The notes: generated by a model not told the origin, from the sequence alone. A stretch of DNA of 40,768 nt from a virus (IMGVR_UViG_3300024253_000039:1-40768); one strand, 5' to 3'. Shown: positions 25,846-35,650, numbered from the stretch's first letter. A program made the numbers and translations.

Positions 25846-26079
25846 TCACTTATAAAGTTTTTTGTTTTCGATATATTCCCGAATAATATAATTGCACTTG
25901 TCTTCCGACAAATTTTTTTTGAGAAACAAAATCGTTCTCGAATCAATCCTGACGGGCCTATAGTTTTCGAGATCGGGCCTGTGATTATTTGCGAGCGCAA
26001 TAGCCTTAATGTGCATAGAATGCAATTCTTCTACTTTTGTAGTTGAATTGATTTCAATAGGTAAACCGTTTTTGTTCAT
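25846..26079 (-). CDS. Hypothetical protein (77 aa)
   Basis: Operon spacing; 'VRIDSRT' motif. Confidence 0.6.
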   Translation of the reverse strand: MNKNGLPIEINSTTKVEELHSMHIKAIALANNHRPDLENYRPVRIDSRTILFLKKNLSEDKCNYIIREYIENKKLYK

Positions 26080-26093
26080 TTTATTTGATTTTT

Positions 26094-26810
26094 TTAGATT
26101 TTACGTCTGTCTTTCCCTTTGATTTCAAAGTAATTACACATTTCGTGTAGCCTGCTTGAAACCCTATCCCCATACCTGTCGACGAATGCTTTGTGGTTAA
26201 TCGGCAAATTGGAGGTTATCAATGTCATTTTATCCGTGAAGTCGCCACGATATTCAAGTATTTGCCTCATTACGTTAACGCGATTTCCCATATACAATGA
26301 TTCGATTGGTTCAGCACCAAGGTCTTGAATGCCGATAATATTCATTTTTTTGAATCGTTCAAATGATCCGGAGTTTGTGTATTCGTCACAAATGGCATCT
26401 GTACGTATATTGTTCCAGTACAGGCATCGTTTTGTTTCACCCATTTGAATTTGAAAGTTGTACACCATCGCATAAGCTGCCACGATTTCCAAAGCCCAAG
26501 ATTTTCCGGAACCGGTGTTCCCGGCAACATAAATTCCGCTTTTAAGCCTTCCCGGAACAACCAGTTTTGTTTCAGGATCAAGACATTTCATTTCGGTATC
26601 GCAATGCACCCATCGAATCATATTTTCGTATGTGAACCTGTTTTCGTCGTCAATTCTGAATTTGGGGTCGCGTTCTTTGCCAATTTCGTTTACGATTTCA
26701 AGTGCCGTTTCCATATCTACCGGCAGATATTGGAAGCGTGTGATCGATTGGAATAACCCTCGTTCTTTGATTCTTCCGAGAATCATCGACATGTTTTCTA
26801 TTTTTCCCAT
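26094..26810 (-). CDS. DnaC/IstB-like P-loop ATPase (helicase loader)
   Basis: 'GNTGSGKS', 'IQDLGAE', 'TLITSN', 'YGDRVSSRL...GKDRR'; follows the initiator gene. Confidence 0.85.
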   Translation of the reverse strand: MGKIENMSMILGRIKERGLFQSITRFQYLPVDMETALEIVNEIGKERDPKFRIDDENRFTYENMIRWVHCDTEMKCLDPETKLVVPGRLKSGIYVAGNTGSGKSWALEIVAAYAMVYNFQIQMGETKRCLYWNNIRTDAICDEYTNSGSFERFKKMNIIGIQDLGAEPIESLYMGNRVNVMRQILEYRGDFTDKMTLITSNLPINHKAFVDRYGDRVSSRLHEMCNYFEIKGKDRRKI

Positions 26811-27580
26811 ATATCGTTTACCTTTGAAAAAATGGATCCTTTTTGTTCAGATTTTCGCTTTTCCCACGTCACGACCGCCGCCCGCCAATCTTTCATTTTG
26901 TTTTTTCCTACAAACCAATTTTTTGACTGATAGAACGCAACGAACGATTCCGGATCAACCGAATAATTTTTTTCGGCAACAAATTTTTTTACTTCATCAA
27001 TAGATGGAGGGAGAAAGCGCTTTGCGATTTCTTTTCTTTTTTCTTTTTCTTTATTATTTACTTTATTTTCTTTTACTTTCTTTTGTGTAGTTTCTGTATC
27101 CTTTTGTGTAGTTTCTTCCGCCTTAAACGTCGTTTTTGTGTAGTTTCTTCCGCCGGAAACATGGGTTTCTTCCGCCGGAAACTCTTTTTTATCTTTTACA
27201 TCAAGTAGCCAAAATTGTAACTCATCGTAATTAATAACTCTTTTTCTCGTTGCCTCCATCCACCTTTTTTGTATTCCTAAACTTGTTAATATCCCAAGCG
27301 AGCAAAACATTGTTTCGTCAAAGAAACCCCATCGTGCCAACCCTGATATAACATCTCCTACGAGTGCGTGAGACGTGTTTGTTTGTTTTGCAATTTTGAA
27401 TTTAAAACTTTCCGAACACTCTATGAAATAACCATTCCGGTATATCGCACAAAGCACCCGTATCAAAATTATCTCACCTTTTATTCCAAACTCACTCGAT
27501 ATAGGAATAACCTTTTCGTCGTCGAAAATATCGACATCAAGAGGAAAGTATTCTAAACCAATTTTGACTGGTCGTGCCAT
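26798..27580 (-). CDS. Phage replication initiator (DUF4373/Lin1244-like N-terminus)
   Basis: 'GLEYFPLDVDIFDDEK', 'ILTSLGIQKRW', C-terminal 'PPSIDEV...MKDWRAAVVTW'; internal DNA repeats. Confidence 0.8.
   Translation of the reverse strand: MARPVKIGLEYFPLDVDIFDDEKVIPISSEFGIKGEIILIRVLCAIYRNGYFIECSESFKFKIAKQTNTSHALVGDVISGLARWGFFDETMFCSLGILTSLGIQKRWMEATRKRVINYDELQFWLLDVKDKKEFPAEETHVSGGRNYTKTTFKAEETTQKDTETTQKKVKENKVNNKEKEKRKEIAKRFLPPSIDEVKKFVAEKNYSVDPESFVAFYQSKNWFVGKNKMKDWRAAVVTWEKRKSEQKGSIFSKVNDIWEK
27081..27182. repeat. Iteron-like direct repeats; probable phage replication origin
   Basis: TTTTGTGTAGTTTCT at 27081, 27102 and 27134; GTTTCTTCCGCC at 27111, 27143 and 27165; adjacent T-rich tract about 27030..27080. 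Confidence 0.7.
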
Positions 27581-27586
27581 TTTATT

Positions 27587-27757
27587 TTATTTGCTTGTAG
27601 GTTGTTTTACCTCGTCCCATTCACTTTCGGTGATCACGTATCCGCACTTTTTGCAGATGTGCATGTAGGTATAAAACGGAAAGGTCTTTCGGACCCGCGC
27701 TTTTTGTATATGCCTGCACTGTGGACATCTTATCTCCACATATTTTCCTGTTTTCAT
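27587..27757 (-). CDS. Small zinc-ribbon protein (56 aa; not in the ORF track)
   Basis: MKTGKYVEIRCPQCRH...HICKKCGYVITESEW...; two CxxC pairs; TAATG coupling with the upstream gene. Confidence 0.7.
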   Translation of the reverse strand: MKTGKYVEIRCPQCRHIQKARVRKTFPFYTYMHICKKCGYVITESEWDEVKQPTSK

Positions 27758-27966
27758 TAATACCTAAATTGTTCTAATCGTTCAATACGTTCATCTTTTT
27801 GAGCAGCATTAATAACTGTTTGGTTACTTACGTCTGGAACAAATACCCAATTTTGCGAAAAAACATTTTTACCGTAATCGTAAAAATTATACAAAAAGCC
27901 GCTTTCTACCCGCATTTTTCTGAATAAAACGGGTGCTTCTATTATTTCGATTTCGTGTAATTCCAT
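27757..27966 (-). CDS. Hypothetical protein (69 aa)
   Basis: 'RVESGFLY...VFVP' small phage protein in the early operon. Confidence 0.65.
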   Translation of the reverse strand: MELHEIEIIEAPVLFRKMRVESGFLYNFYDYGKNVFSQNWVFVPDVSNQTVINAAQKDERIERLEQFRY

Positions 27967-28014
27967 AATTATTTCAATTTTTGAATATTCGTAAACGCTA
28001 TATTATTACAAACA

Positions 28015-28287
28015 CTACTTTTTGTGTTTATTATAAAATTTCTTGCGAGTTTTGGCAATGAAATCAAGTCTCATTTTCTCATAATATTCGGATATTATCT
28101 TTATTCGTTTATCCGTTATTGCAATGTTTTTCTCATCCAAAGATTCCTCAAAGTTTTGCTCAAGCTCACTTGCTTCAGTTCCAATATCATAACCGTCATC
28201 AGAATATCCCAATATACAATCAAGAACATAGCCAAAATTTGTTTCAGCTATATCTTTAGCAATAGTTTTATTAAATCTTGTTTTCAT
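28015..28287 (-). CDS. Hypothetical protein (90 aa)
   Basis: Co-oriented and overlapping in the early operon. Confidence 0.65.
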   Translation of the reverse strand: MKTRFNKTIAKDIAETNFGYVLDCILGYSDDGYDIGTEASELEQNFEESLDEKNIAITDKRIKIISEYYEKMRLDFIAKTRKKFYNKHKK

Positions 28288-28549
28288 ATTCCTCTACCTC
28301 CTTTAATTTGTTGTATAATAAATAAAATCCTCTTATAAAGCCCTGCTTATACGCTGTTAGGGTTAAGTTATCGATTTTTGAATGATATCTATTCCTCGCT
28401 TGCTTTTTAGCCTGTTCTTCAACCCATTCTTTTAAATCTTTGTCCTCCTTCGATAATTCTGGTATGTTACATTCATCAAGCATTTTTGGCAAGGCTCTTT
28501 CAAGCCACTTAAACGCTATTTCGTTTCCTGTATTTTTTATTTTCCCCAT
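28271..28549 (-). CDS. Hypothetical protein (92 aa)
   Basis: 'AYKQGFIRG' motif; co-oriented. Confidence 0.6.
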   Translation of the reverse strand: MGKIKNTGNEIAFKWLERALPKMLDECNIPELSKEDKDLKEWVEEQAKKQARNRYHSKIDNLTLTAYKQGFIRGFYLLYNKLKEVEEYENKI

Positions 28550-28675
28550 AATTGTAAATTTTTATTGTTCAACTTTATGTTATTCGGTCGGAAAAGTAAA
28601 ACCGAGCTTAATCAAATCGTCGTGGTGTTTTTGCTACTTCTAAAATATTCTGCATGTATTTAATTATTTATATGG

Positions 28676-29002
28676 TTATCTTATTGGTGAAATTTCCCCG
28701 TTATTTTTAAGAATAAACCTCTTTTCTCCAGTTACATAACAAAATCCCCGAAATCTGCAACATCCATTCTTACGATTTCGCGGCTCATAATCTTCACATA
28801 GCCTGCCACAAATCGTTTCTTCTTTCGTACCAACCTCTCCGGAAGCTTTACAAAAGAAGCAGTCCGCATCCAACTCTCTTATTGCTTCCGAAATATATAT
28901 TTCTCTCAATCCTCGCTCTTTCATTTCGGAAATCAAATACGTTTTTGGATATGCCATTTCGGCATTTATTTCGTTGCTGAAGTATAGTTTTTCTTTTTTC
29001 AT
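28676..29002 (-). CDS. Cys-rich hypothetical protein (108 aa)
   Basis: 'CFFCK...CGRLCEDYEPRN...CCRF'. Confidence 0.65.
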   Translation of the reverse strand: MKKEKLYFSNEINAEMAYPKTYLISEMKERGLREIYISEAIRELDADCFFCKASGEVGTKEETICGRLCEDYEPRNRKNGCCRFRGFCYVTGEKRFILKNNGEISPIR

Positions 29003-29040
29003 TAATCAGAATTTTTTTAATAACATAATTTTTCATCAGA

Positions 29041-29304
29041 TTATAATTTCTCCTCCTTGTTAGCTGACCTTCTTGCAACCCCCACAAAAAATGAAACATT
29101 CGGATAATGATAGTCGGGTGATTGTCTCCAACGCTTATCAACAATATTGTCCAATCTCCACCCGCCACGCAAAGGATTATACAACAGATCTCCATCCTGC
29201 GTTTTAACATCATTCCTCAAAAGTTCATAGCCGTCAGGTAGTTTTGCCTCAATTTCATCAAAATAATCCCTGTCCAAGATTTTACAATCTATTTTATTAT
29301 TCAT
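29041..29304 (-). CDS. Hypothetical protein (87 aa)
   Basis: Overlaps the ASCH gene stop; co-oriented. Confidence 0.6.
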   Translation of the reverse strand: MNNKIDCKILDRDYFDEIEAKLPDGYELLRNDVKTQDGDLLYNPLRGGWRLDNIVDKRWRQSPDYHYPNVSFFVGVARRSANKEEKL

Positions 29305-29797
29305 AATTTTCCTCCTTTAAATTGTAATTCCAGAACCCAGGTTTCCCCTTTACGTTCAAAATTGGTTTATCGAAAAGAATTGGATTAGCAAGTACCCAAT
29401 GATAAATAACCTTCGCATCACCAGACAACCCTCCACTATGCTCCGCCCAAATACTCGGATGACTGCTTACACAATCTACAATTTCAACACTACCAATAAT
29501 GGCAGACCTTATAATTCTACGATAATAATATTTGTGCAAGTCTATTAAAGGGAGTTCTCCGCAATGCAGGTATTCTATTTGTCTTTCTGTTAGATAGTCT
29601 CCTTCTATACCTTTCATTTTTGCCGCACTCGCGTGAATCAGCACCCTCTCCCCGATATACTTCTGCGGACACTTCCATGTTCTGTTTTCAACATCTTTTA
29701 TACCTGAGCAAATAAGATACGCCCAGGGCTGTTTTATTGATAGTACTTTAATACTAATAAAACCATTGATATTTTTCATAATTGTTTCAATTTTCAA
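29297..29797 (-). CDS. ASCH domain protein
   Basis: 'LSIKQPWAYLICSGIKDVENRTW', 'LIHAS', 'AIIGSVEIVDC', 'KGKPGFW'. Confidence 0.9.
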   Translation of the reverse strand: MKIETIMKNINGFISIKVLSIKQPWAYLICSGIKDVENRTWKCPQKYIGERVLIHASAAKMKGIEGDYLTERQIEYLHCGELPLIDLHKYYYRRIIRSAIIGSVEIVDCVSSHPSIWAEHSGGLSGDAKVIYHWVLANPILFDKPILNVKGKPGFWNYNLKEENYE

Positions 29798-30075
29798 CCA
29801 ATTAAATCATATTCATTTACTACCGTCCCATTATATTCAGTAGCATCATAATAATCATCTAACATTTTCTTCAATTTATCATATTCGTCGTCAGGAATAT
29901 TTTCCCAATTTTCGATATTTTCCGAAGGATCTCCTTTGTCGAGTATTTCCTTATAATAATCGATAATTTTTTGTTTTTCAATTTCAGCGATTTCTGGACG
30001 TGAATAAATTCCGTTAATCAGCCTTGATTTATCCTCATAACTCCCGAAATCAGATTCAACTACATATACTTTCAT
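29794..30075 (-). CDS. Acidic hypothetical protein (93 aa)
   Basis: 'MKVYVV...GSYED...GIYS'; overlaps the next gene by 4 bp. Confidence 0.65.
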   Translation of the reverse strand: MKVYVVESDFGSYEDKSRLINGIYSRPEIAEIEKQKIIDYYKEILDKGDPSENIENWENIPDDEYDKLKKMLDDYYDATEYNGTVVNEYDLIG

Positions 30076-30108
30076 TTGAAACTATATTTGTCTTTTAATT
30101 AATGCTTT

Positions 30109-30216
30109 CTATTTGTTTTCACGTCTGTTTTTGCCATGATTATTCCACCCGGCAATGATCATAAGAATAGACCAGATAAACAAAAGAATTAAGACTACAA
30201 TTTCAGCTGGTTTCAT
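30109..30216 (-). CDS. Small single-pass membrane peptide (35 aa; not in the ORF track)
   Basis: MKPAEIVVLILLFIWSILMIIAGWNNHGKNRRENK*; ATGA overlap with the upstream gene. Confidence 0.5.
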   Translation of the reverse strand: MKPAEIVVLILLFIWSILMIIAGWNNHGKNRRENK

Positions 30217-30794
30217 CCTTGTATTTTGTTTAGATAATTTTCTAAGTCATCGATTTTCTCCTTAAGAGCACGAATAACTCTCGATGCGGCAAAATCGTTT
30301 ATCCATTTAGGATCATTAATGAACGTGAGAACGGTTGCTTCGTCTCTATTCAATTCGTAAAGTATTTCATCTGCCGAAGCCTCTATGAAGTCTGTTAATT
30401 TAACAGATATAAGTTCTCCATAACTATCAATTACAATGTTGCCTTTTTCATATTCTTCTATTACTTTTTCTTTTATGCTGTCCATTTTACTATGAATTTT
30501 CCCAATAGCATCGTTATATCCTTTTTTATAACCTTTTTCTAACAACTCTTCTATAGAGCTATCACCGAACCCGCACTTCTCCCAATCGTATTCTGCAACT
30601 TCGTTTCTTATCCACTCTTCCTTTTCTTTAGTATCTGTAAACATAGTGGATTGTTGTTCGCGAAGGTTTTTTAATTCGCATACAACTAAATCAATTGCCA
30701 TTCCTATTGAAGTAGGTGGCTGCATCTCTATATCGGCTCCCTTTCGCCATTTGTTATGCAGCTCGAGTACATTTATTGCCTCCTCAACTGTCAT
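30213..30794 (-). CDS. Hypothetical protein (193 aa)
   Basis: 'EEAINVLELHNKWRKG' N-terminal module; co-oriented. Confidence 0.7.
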   Translation of the reverse strand: MTVEEAINVLELHNKWRKGADIEMQPPTSIGMAIDLVVCELKNLREQQSTMFTDTKEKEEWIRNEVAEYDWEKCGFGDSSIEELLEKGYKKGYNDAIGKIHSKMDSIKEKVIEEYEKGNIVIDSYGELISVKLTDFIEASADEILYELNRDEATVLTFINDPKWINDFAASRVIRALKEKIDDLENYLNKIQG

Positions 30795-30821
30795 ATTTTA
30801 TCTTTGTTAACTGTTTATCTA

Positions 30822-31214
30822 TCAATAGCCGGTATTATTCGATCTCAACTGCTCCTTCTCATAGCTCAAAATAGACCTTAATACGTCTTGTTGATGACTG
30901 CACGTCGCATTCACTCGCTCAAGCCAGTCAACGAGATATGCCTCGTCCTGCGCCGCGCTTTCAACAAGCGCATTCTGAGCCTTAGCAGACAAGTAGTTTT
31001 CTTTTGCAATAGCCACAATTATTTCCGATATTTCGCTTGCACGTTTCTGTCTGTACATCTTTTTAACCTCTGCAAGCATATATCCAGATCTGGCCTGATA
31101 CACGTTGATCATTTTCAGTCGCTCCAAAACTTCTTCCGGATTGTCGGAACACTCTATTTCGAGATAGCTCTGCATTTCGCTCACCTCTTTCTCTATTTTT
31201 TCGTACCTGGTCAT
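30822..31214 (-). CDS. Conserved helical phage protein (130 aa)
   Basis: Directly follows the MBL hydrolase gene; 'DVLRSILSYEKE'. Confidence 0.7.
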   Translation of the reverse strand: MTRYEKIEKEVSEMQSYLEIECSDNPEEVLERLKMINVYQARSGYMLAEVKKMYRQKRASEISEIIVAIAKENYLSAKAQNALVESAAQDEAYLVDWLERVNATCSHQQDVLRSILSYEKEQLRSNNTGY

Positions 31215-31215
31215 G

Positions 31216-31944
31216 TTAATACGGGTTATTGGTTAGTTCAATTTTCATTCCCGGATCGGCTATCAATATGTTTTTGCCTGTTGCTTTTTCAAGCGTATCT
31301 ACAAACTCTTTCCTATCCGAGTTAAACTTGCTAAGATGAATAAGAACTATGTTATACACGGTTGTAAGATCGTGTAGCAATAAGAACTTTGAAACAGTTT
31401 TAAGCTCCATGTGCGTGGTCATAAGTCTTTTCCTCATTGCAGGATTGGTACTACCATTTTTAATAGCTTCATCAAGTGCAGCGTCTGAATAATTACATTC
31501 AACAAGGAAATGATTTACCTCTTTGAACTTTGTATCAAGCATGAAGCTATCTGTAAGGAAAAGCAAATAACCCATATCCGGATGATGGATGTAATAGCCC
31601 AACGTCGGCACATCGTGAAAAGCATTAAAAGGCAAAACTCTAAAATTTCCTACTTTTATCATTTTCCCTGCTATTACCTCTGTTGTCTGTTTCAACTTTT
31701 TGGTGTCTATGACGTGTCTGTTTGCGAATACCGGGAATGTTTTTTCATACAGAGACCCGTATTTGGAATGATCAAAATGACCGTGCGTTACAAAGCATCC
31801 TTTTACCTTTTCCGTATTGAACGAAAGTGCCTGTTTGGCTTTAGTAGGATGAACGCCAGCCTCCATGATAATAGCCTCGTCGTCGGACTGAATTATGTAT
31901 CCGTTTCCCGACGACGAGCTCCCCAAAATGGTCATTTCCATCAT
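31216..31944 (-). CDS. MBL-fold metallo-hydrolase (putative exonuclease partner of RecT)
   Basis: 'LGSSSSGNGY', 'THGHFDH', 'HDV', 'TDS', 'VECNY', 'LIHLS'. Confidence 0.9.
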   Translation of the reverse strand: MMEMTILGSSSSGNGYIIQSDDEAIIMEAGVHPTKAKQALSFNTEKVKGCFVTHGHFDHSKYGSLYEKTFPVFANRHVIDTKKLKQTTEVIAGKMIKVGNFRVLPFNAFHDVPTLGYYIHHPDMGYLLFLTDSFMLDTKFKEVNHFLVECNYSDAALDEAIKNGSTNPAMRKRLMTTHMELKTVSKFLLLHDLTTVYNIVLIHLSKFNSDRKEFVDTLEKATGKNILIADPGMKIELTNNPY

Positions 31945-31949
31945 TGTCG

Positions 31950-32816
31950 TTAATATGGAGGTTCTTCCTCTTTTTTCTCTTCTTCCCGATCTACGGGCGT
32001 ATCATCATCCATGCTTACCTCTTCGGCAACTACATCCTGGATCGCATTGTCTCTTTCTGCGCGGATATCCGTTTCAACGTCTTGAACGATTGCGCTTTGC
32101 ATTTCAATAGACAGATACCCGTACTTTGACAGTAATTCTCGCAGCACGGTTTTTATGGCCATAGAATCAAAGTCGCCTGTCCACCCTATACCTGTAGGTT
32201 CTTTTCCTGCAAGTTTCACGAGGCTTTCAACCGTGATATCTTTGGAGAATTTGAGCGTGGGTGCATATTTCTTTGCATGTCTGGCGATTTCCTCAACTGT
32301 CGAATAGAGTGTTTTTCTGAACCCGTTCAGAAGCTCTATGTGGGCGAAATAACCGATAACCTTATCGGACTTCTTTTGTCCGGTAAAATCGATCGAACCG
32401 GTCAGCTTGTCCGTCCCGGCTATTTCACCTTCGTACACAACATCCGCGTTGATATACCGGTATTGCCCTGTTCGCATCGCAAGCTGGATCAATCCTTTAT
32501 AGCCAATGATGAATGTTGGCGTAAGCACTCCTTTGTTTTTAAATGGCAGGATATAAGCATATCCTAAGGCTCTATTGATCGGAAGCTTCAATACGGCCGC
32601 CTTCAGCGCCTCCATCACCACCTGGCTGGGGTTGCATGTTTGCAGCGATTTATCCGTGTTATACAGATCGATTATTGAAGCAACGAATGAGTTTGAGTTA
32701 CTTCCTAAAGCGTTCTGGAATTGGCTTTGAACCGATGGTGCATTTAGTACGCTTTTCAGCACGTCAACCGGCTTTCTTTTCTCTACTTGTTGATTGTTGT
32801 TGGTTGTTGTTGTCAT
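31950..32816 (-). CDS. recT: RecT-family single-strand annealing recombinase
   Basis: 'LGYAYILPF', 'IGYKGLIQLAMRTGQY', 'W..DFDSMAIKTVLR.LL'. Confidence 0.92.
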   Translation of the reverse strand: MTTTTNNNQQVEKRKPVDVLKSVLNAPSVQSQFQNALGSNSNSFVASIIDLYNTDKSLQTCNPSQVVMEALKAAVLKLPINRALGYAYILPFKNKGVLTPTFIIGYKGLIQLAMRTGQYRYINADVVYEGEIAGTDKLTGSIDFTGQKKSDKVIGYFAHIELLNGFRKTLYSTVEEIARHAKKYAPTLKFSKDITVESLVKLAGKEPTGIGWTGDFDSMAIKTVLRELLSKYGYLSIEMQSAIVQDVETDIRAERDNAIQDVVAEEVSMDDDTPVDREEEKKEEEPPY

Positions 32817-34747
32817 TGTATTGTAAGTGTTTCGTACGTCGGATCAACGTACAGGTTTATAATTTGTGATCTCATTTCGGGGATGATAGTAGTCGATTCC
32901 CTGTTATCAATGAAAATAGGCGCACAAATACCGTAATGCTCACTAATACCATTGATGATATCCAATCCGGCATAAATCTTTTCTGCATTAGAAAGTGTTG
33001 AGTAATTCGTGCCGTTCATTGTTGCTTCGCAGTCAGGCACCACTTGTCCGTCCACCTGTTCTTTGAATAATCTGAATTGCACTTTTTCAAAAAGCATGTT
33101 GATTCTGCTTTCATACTCTGTGTTCTTTGCAAATTCAAATTCTTTTATGGTGAACTCTTGTTGCTCGAGCTTGGCAAGCTCCTGATTGAGTTTAGATTTC
33201 CTTTCGTTAATCTCGGCGAGCGATTTTTTCAGGTTATCGATGATTTCGCGGTTATACAGCCGTTTCTTTAATTCGTCAATTTCGGACCGCAAAACCCGTT
33301 TTCTGTCTTTCATCGCTCCGATCGACTCTTGCTCTTCGGGTGCATGTATCTTTGCCCTCAACTCACGTATCTTTGATTCGTTAGCCTTATACATGATAGA
33401 TTCCATATACTGCGGCTTCTTTTCTTTTAGAGCCTGTATCTCGGCTTTCAGCTTCTCGATCTGTGCATTCTTTTCTGAAGTGTCAGGTGCATCCGGAATA
33501 TCGATACGGTTTATTTCGTCCGTAAGATTATCTACCATCTGCTTGATCTTCTTCCCCTCCGCAAGGTTTGCTGCCAGTCGGTCCGCCTTGGACTTGTTGA
33601 ACGCCTCCTCCATGTGTGTGCGCCTCTCTTCAATATCATGTTCCGGTAGTGATTGCTTACAAGTCGGACAGATCAGATCGTTTTCGTTAAACTCAAGTCT
33701 CTCCGCATTGATATCCTTCCATTGGTTGCGTAAGTCCTCAAGTTTGTCTTTGTAATATTTCAGGTCTTTCTCGAGACTATCCTTGCGTGCTTTCTTTGTC
33801 TTGTAATCCCTTTCATCGTCGCCGATCTCAAGAAATAACCTGCGTACATCATTCTCTTTCCGTTCGATATCTTCGGCTGTTTGCTGCTTCTCAATCCGCT
33901 CCAGCTTCATGTTGTCGGCCATATATGTATTGATCTGCTCCTGTATGGCCATGATCCTTTTCTGCTCTTCCTCGCTCTTTGCTGCGGCATCTGTAAGGGC
34001 TATATCGATATCATCAATTTCTTTCTGCAGGGACCTGATTTTATCTTCAATTTCCTTCCAGTCCATAGTAACCGGCATATTTCTGTTTGTTGTCTCGATC
34101 TCCGTCGGGATCTTTTCGAGCTGCTCTTTTATTTTCTTTTTACGCGAAATAAGCTCACGTTTGAAATTGTCGAACGAAACACCAGTGATCAATTTCAGCA
34201 GCTCCGAAAATTCGGGCCTCTGCGAAGCTATCTGATCATTGGTGATCTCCGGAATGAGTGAGAATAAAATTTCACGCTGCTGCTCTCTTTTTAATGAAGT
34301 GAAGTAATGCGGATTTGTGATTGTTTTCAGTAGTGTCTCGTCGCAAATCTCTGCAACTGCCTGATCATACTCCGACTTCTTCACGCCCACACCATTGATT
34401 GAGTAGTCGGTTGTGTTACCTTTAAAAACCTCCTCACTTTCGCTTCGTGGTTTCACCCAATCCTCGCGATAAACTCTTTTTAGCCTGGTCTGATTTCCAT
34501 TTACCAGTATTTCTGCCTCAACCTCCACGTTCACACGGCTTGTTCCTTTCGGTTTCAATTCGTGATCTGCGCGTCCTTCATGGTCCTTTCCGAAAAGTAA
34601 CCACAACCAGGCATCATAAATTGTTGTTTTGCCTGACCCGTTCCGGCCATAGATATTCAAAACATCCGGAATGTCGGTCAGGTCAAATTTTTGCACTCCC
34701 CTGAAGTTCCGGAGTGAGATCGATTTAATTTTTACTTCCTTTTTCAT
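32813..34747 (-). CDS. SMC/SbcC-like AAA ATPase
   Basis: 'LRNFRG', Walker A 'GRNGSGKTT', coiled coils with a 'CPTC' hook, 'PIFIDNRES'. Confidence 0.9.
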   Translation of the reverse strand: MKKEVKIKSISLRNFRGVQKFDLTDIPDVLNIYGRNGSGKTTIYDAWLWLLFGKDHEGRADHELKPKGTSRVNVEVEAEILVNGNQTRLKRVYREDWVKPRSESEEVFKGNTTDYSINGVGVKKSEYDQAVAEICDETLLKTITNPHYFTSLKREQQREILFSLIPEITNDQIASQRPEFSELLKLITGVSFDNFKRELISRKKKIKEQLEKIPTEIETTNRNMPVTMDWKEIEDKIRSLQKEIDDIDIALTDAAAKSEEEQKRIMAIQEQINTYMADNMKLERIEKQQTAEDIERKENDVRRLFLEIGDDERDYKTKKARKDSLEKDLKYYKDKLEDLRNQWKDINAERLEFNENDLICPTCKQSLPEHDIEERRTHMEEAFNKSKADRLAANLAEGKKIKQMVDNLTDEINRIDIPDAPDTSEKNAQIEKLKAEIQALKEKKPQYMESIMYKANESKIRELRAKIHAPEEQESIGAMKDRKRVLRSEIDELKKRLYNREIIDNLKKSLAEINERKSKLNQELAKLEQQEFTIKEFEFAKNTEYESRINMLFEKVQFRLFKEQVDGQVVPDCEATMNGTNYSTLSNAEKIYAGLDIINGISEHYGICAPIFIDNRESTTIIPEMRSQIINLYVDPTYETLTIQ

Positions 34748-35025
34748 TGTTCGTTATTATTTTTTTTCATTAATTCCAATGCCAAGTCGGCATCAACGGT
34801 TATCATCCGTCCGCATTGCGATATTGCCCTGTCAATCTTGCCGCTTGCCTTGATTCTGTTTGCCGTGGTCATGCTGCAATTGAATAGTCGGGCTATTCCG
34901 GCAATGCCGTACACCAGTCGTTTTTCTTTTGGTTGTTCTACAATGTTGTCTTGTTGTTTATTCAACAATTCCATCAATTCACCAACAGTCAGGTCGATAA
35001 TTCTTGTGTTTAGGTCGATTTTCAT
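34744..35025 (-). CDS. DUF3853-like excisionase-type DNA-binding protein
   Basis: 'LTVGEL...VYGIAGIARLFNCSMTTANRIKASG...ITVDADLALEL'. Confidence 0.8.
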   Translation of the reverse strand: MKIDLNTRIIDLTVGELMELLNKQQDNIVEQPKEKRLVYGIAGIARLFNCSMTTANRIKASGKIDRAISQCGRMITVDADLALELMKKNNNEQ

Positions 35026-35026
35026 G

Positions 35027-35224
35027 TTATTCGTTTTTTTGCAGTGGTACCTTTTTTATCAATCTTACAGCATTGGCAAAATTCAAAACGATCAGTACGA
35101 TCATCCAAAGCGGCGTTTCGTCGGAAACGCAAAGAGAGCAGAACGACAAGGCGAAATACCACACGATCAACCGTTGCTTCCCGGTTAAACCGGGCATTGC
35201 CAATTCTTTCATTATTTTTTTCAT
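35027..35224 (-). CDS. Small membrane protein (65 aa)
   Basis: Two hydrophobic segments; operon spacing. Confidence 0.6.
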   Translation of the reverse strand: MKKIMKELAMPGLTGKQRLIVWYFALSFCSLCVSDETPLWMIVLIVLNFANAVRLIKKVPLQKNE

Positions 35225-35245
35225 TGTTGCGAATGTTTTTATGGT

Positions 35246-35635
35246 TTATGCCAATTCAAACTTAAAGGTGTCCGATTCAGATTTGCGCCTCGCTAAACGG
35301 CAAGTCATCGCCGCCGGTTTTGATCGGAAAACACGCATTACATTGGCATCATTGAATAAGATTTGCGGAACTATCAAAATAAGCATCGAATAAGCAATAA
35401 TACGCTGCTTTAATGGCGACAAATCGAACGAAATGTTGAAATGGGTGCAAAACCACCACGCCGACAATTCGTTTACCTTGCTGCAACCCACCTTTTCATA
35501 AATTGAGCGGACGTGATTCTCGACGGTACGGGTGGAAATAAAAAGCTTGTCCGCCACCTCTTTTTTACACAATCCCCATGCAACGAGTTCTGCAATTTGG
35601 GATTCTCTTTCAGTCAATCTTGCTTCCGTGTTCAT
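35246..35635 (-). CDS. LuxR-type HTH transcriptional regulator
   Basis: 'LTERESQIAELVAWG...KEVADKLFISTRTVENH...IYEKVG'. Confidence 0.9.
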   Translation of the reverse strand: MNTEARLTERESQIAELVAWGLCKKEVADKLFISTRTVENHVRSIYEKVGCSKVNELSAWWFCTHFNISFDLSPLKQRIIAYSMLILIVPQILFNDANVMRVFRSKPAAMTCRLARRKSESDTFKFELA

Positions 35636-35650
35636 AATTCGCCATTATAC

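Noticed and set aside
28560-28660. Possible gene remnant between 28549 and 28676
   Set aside because: Only very short fragments in two frames; cannot be supported.
31216-34747. SMC-like ATPase plus MBL hydrolase as a possible defence system (ATPase + nuclease)
   Set aside because: They flank RecT in the early operon, an ordinary phage recombination module.
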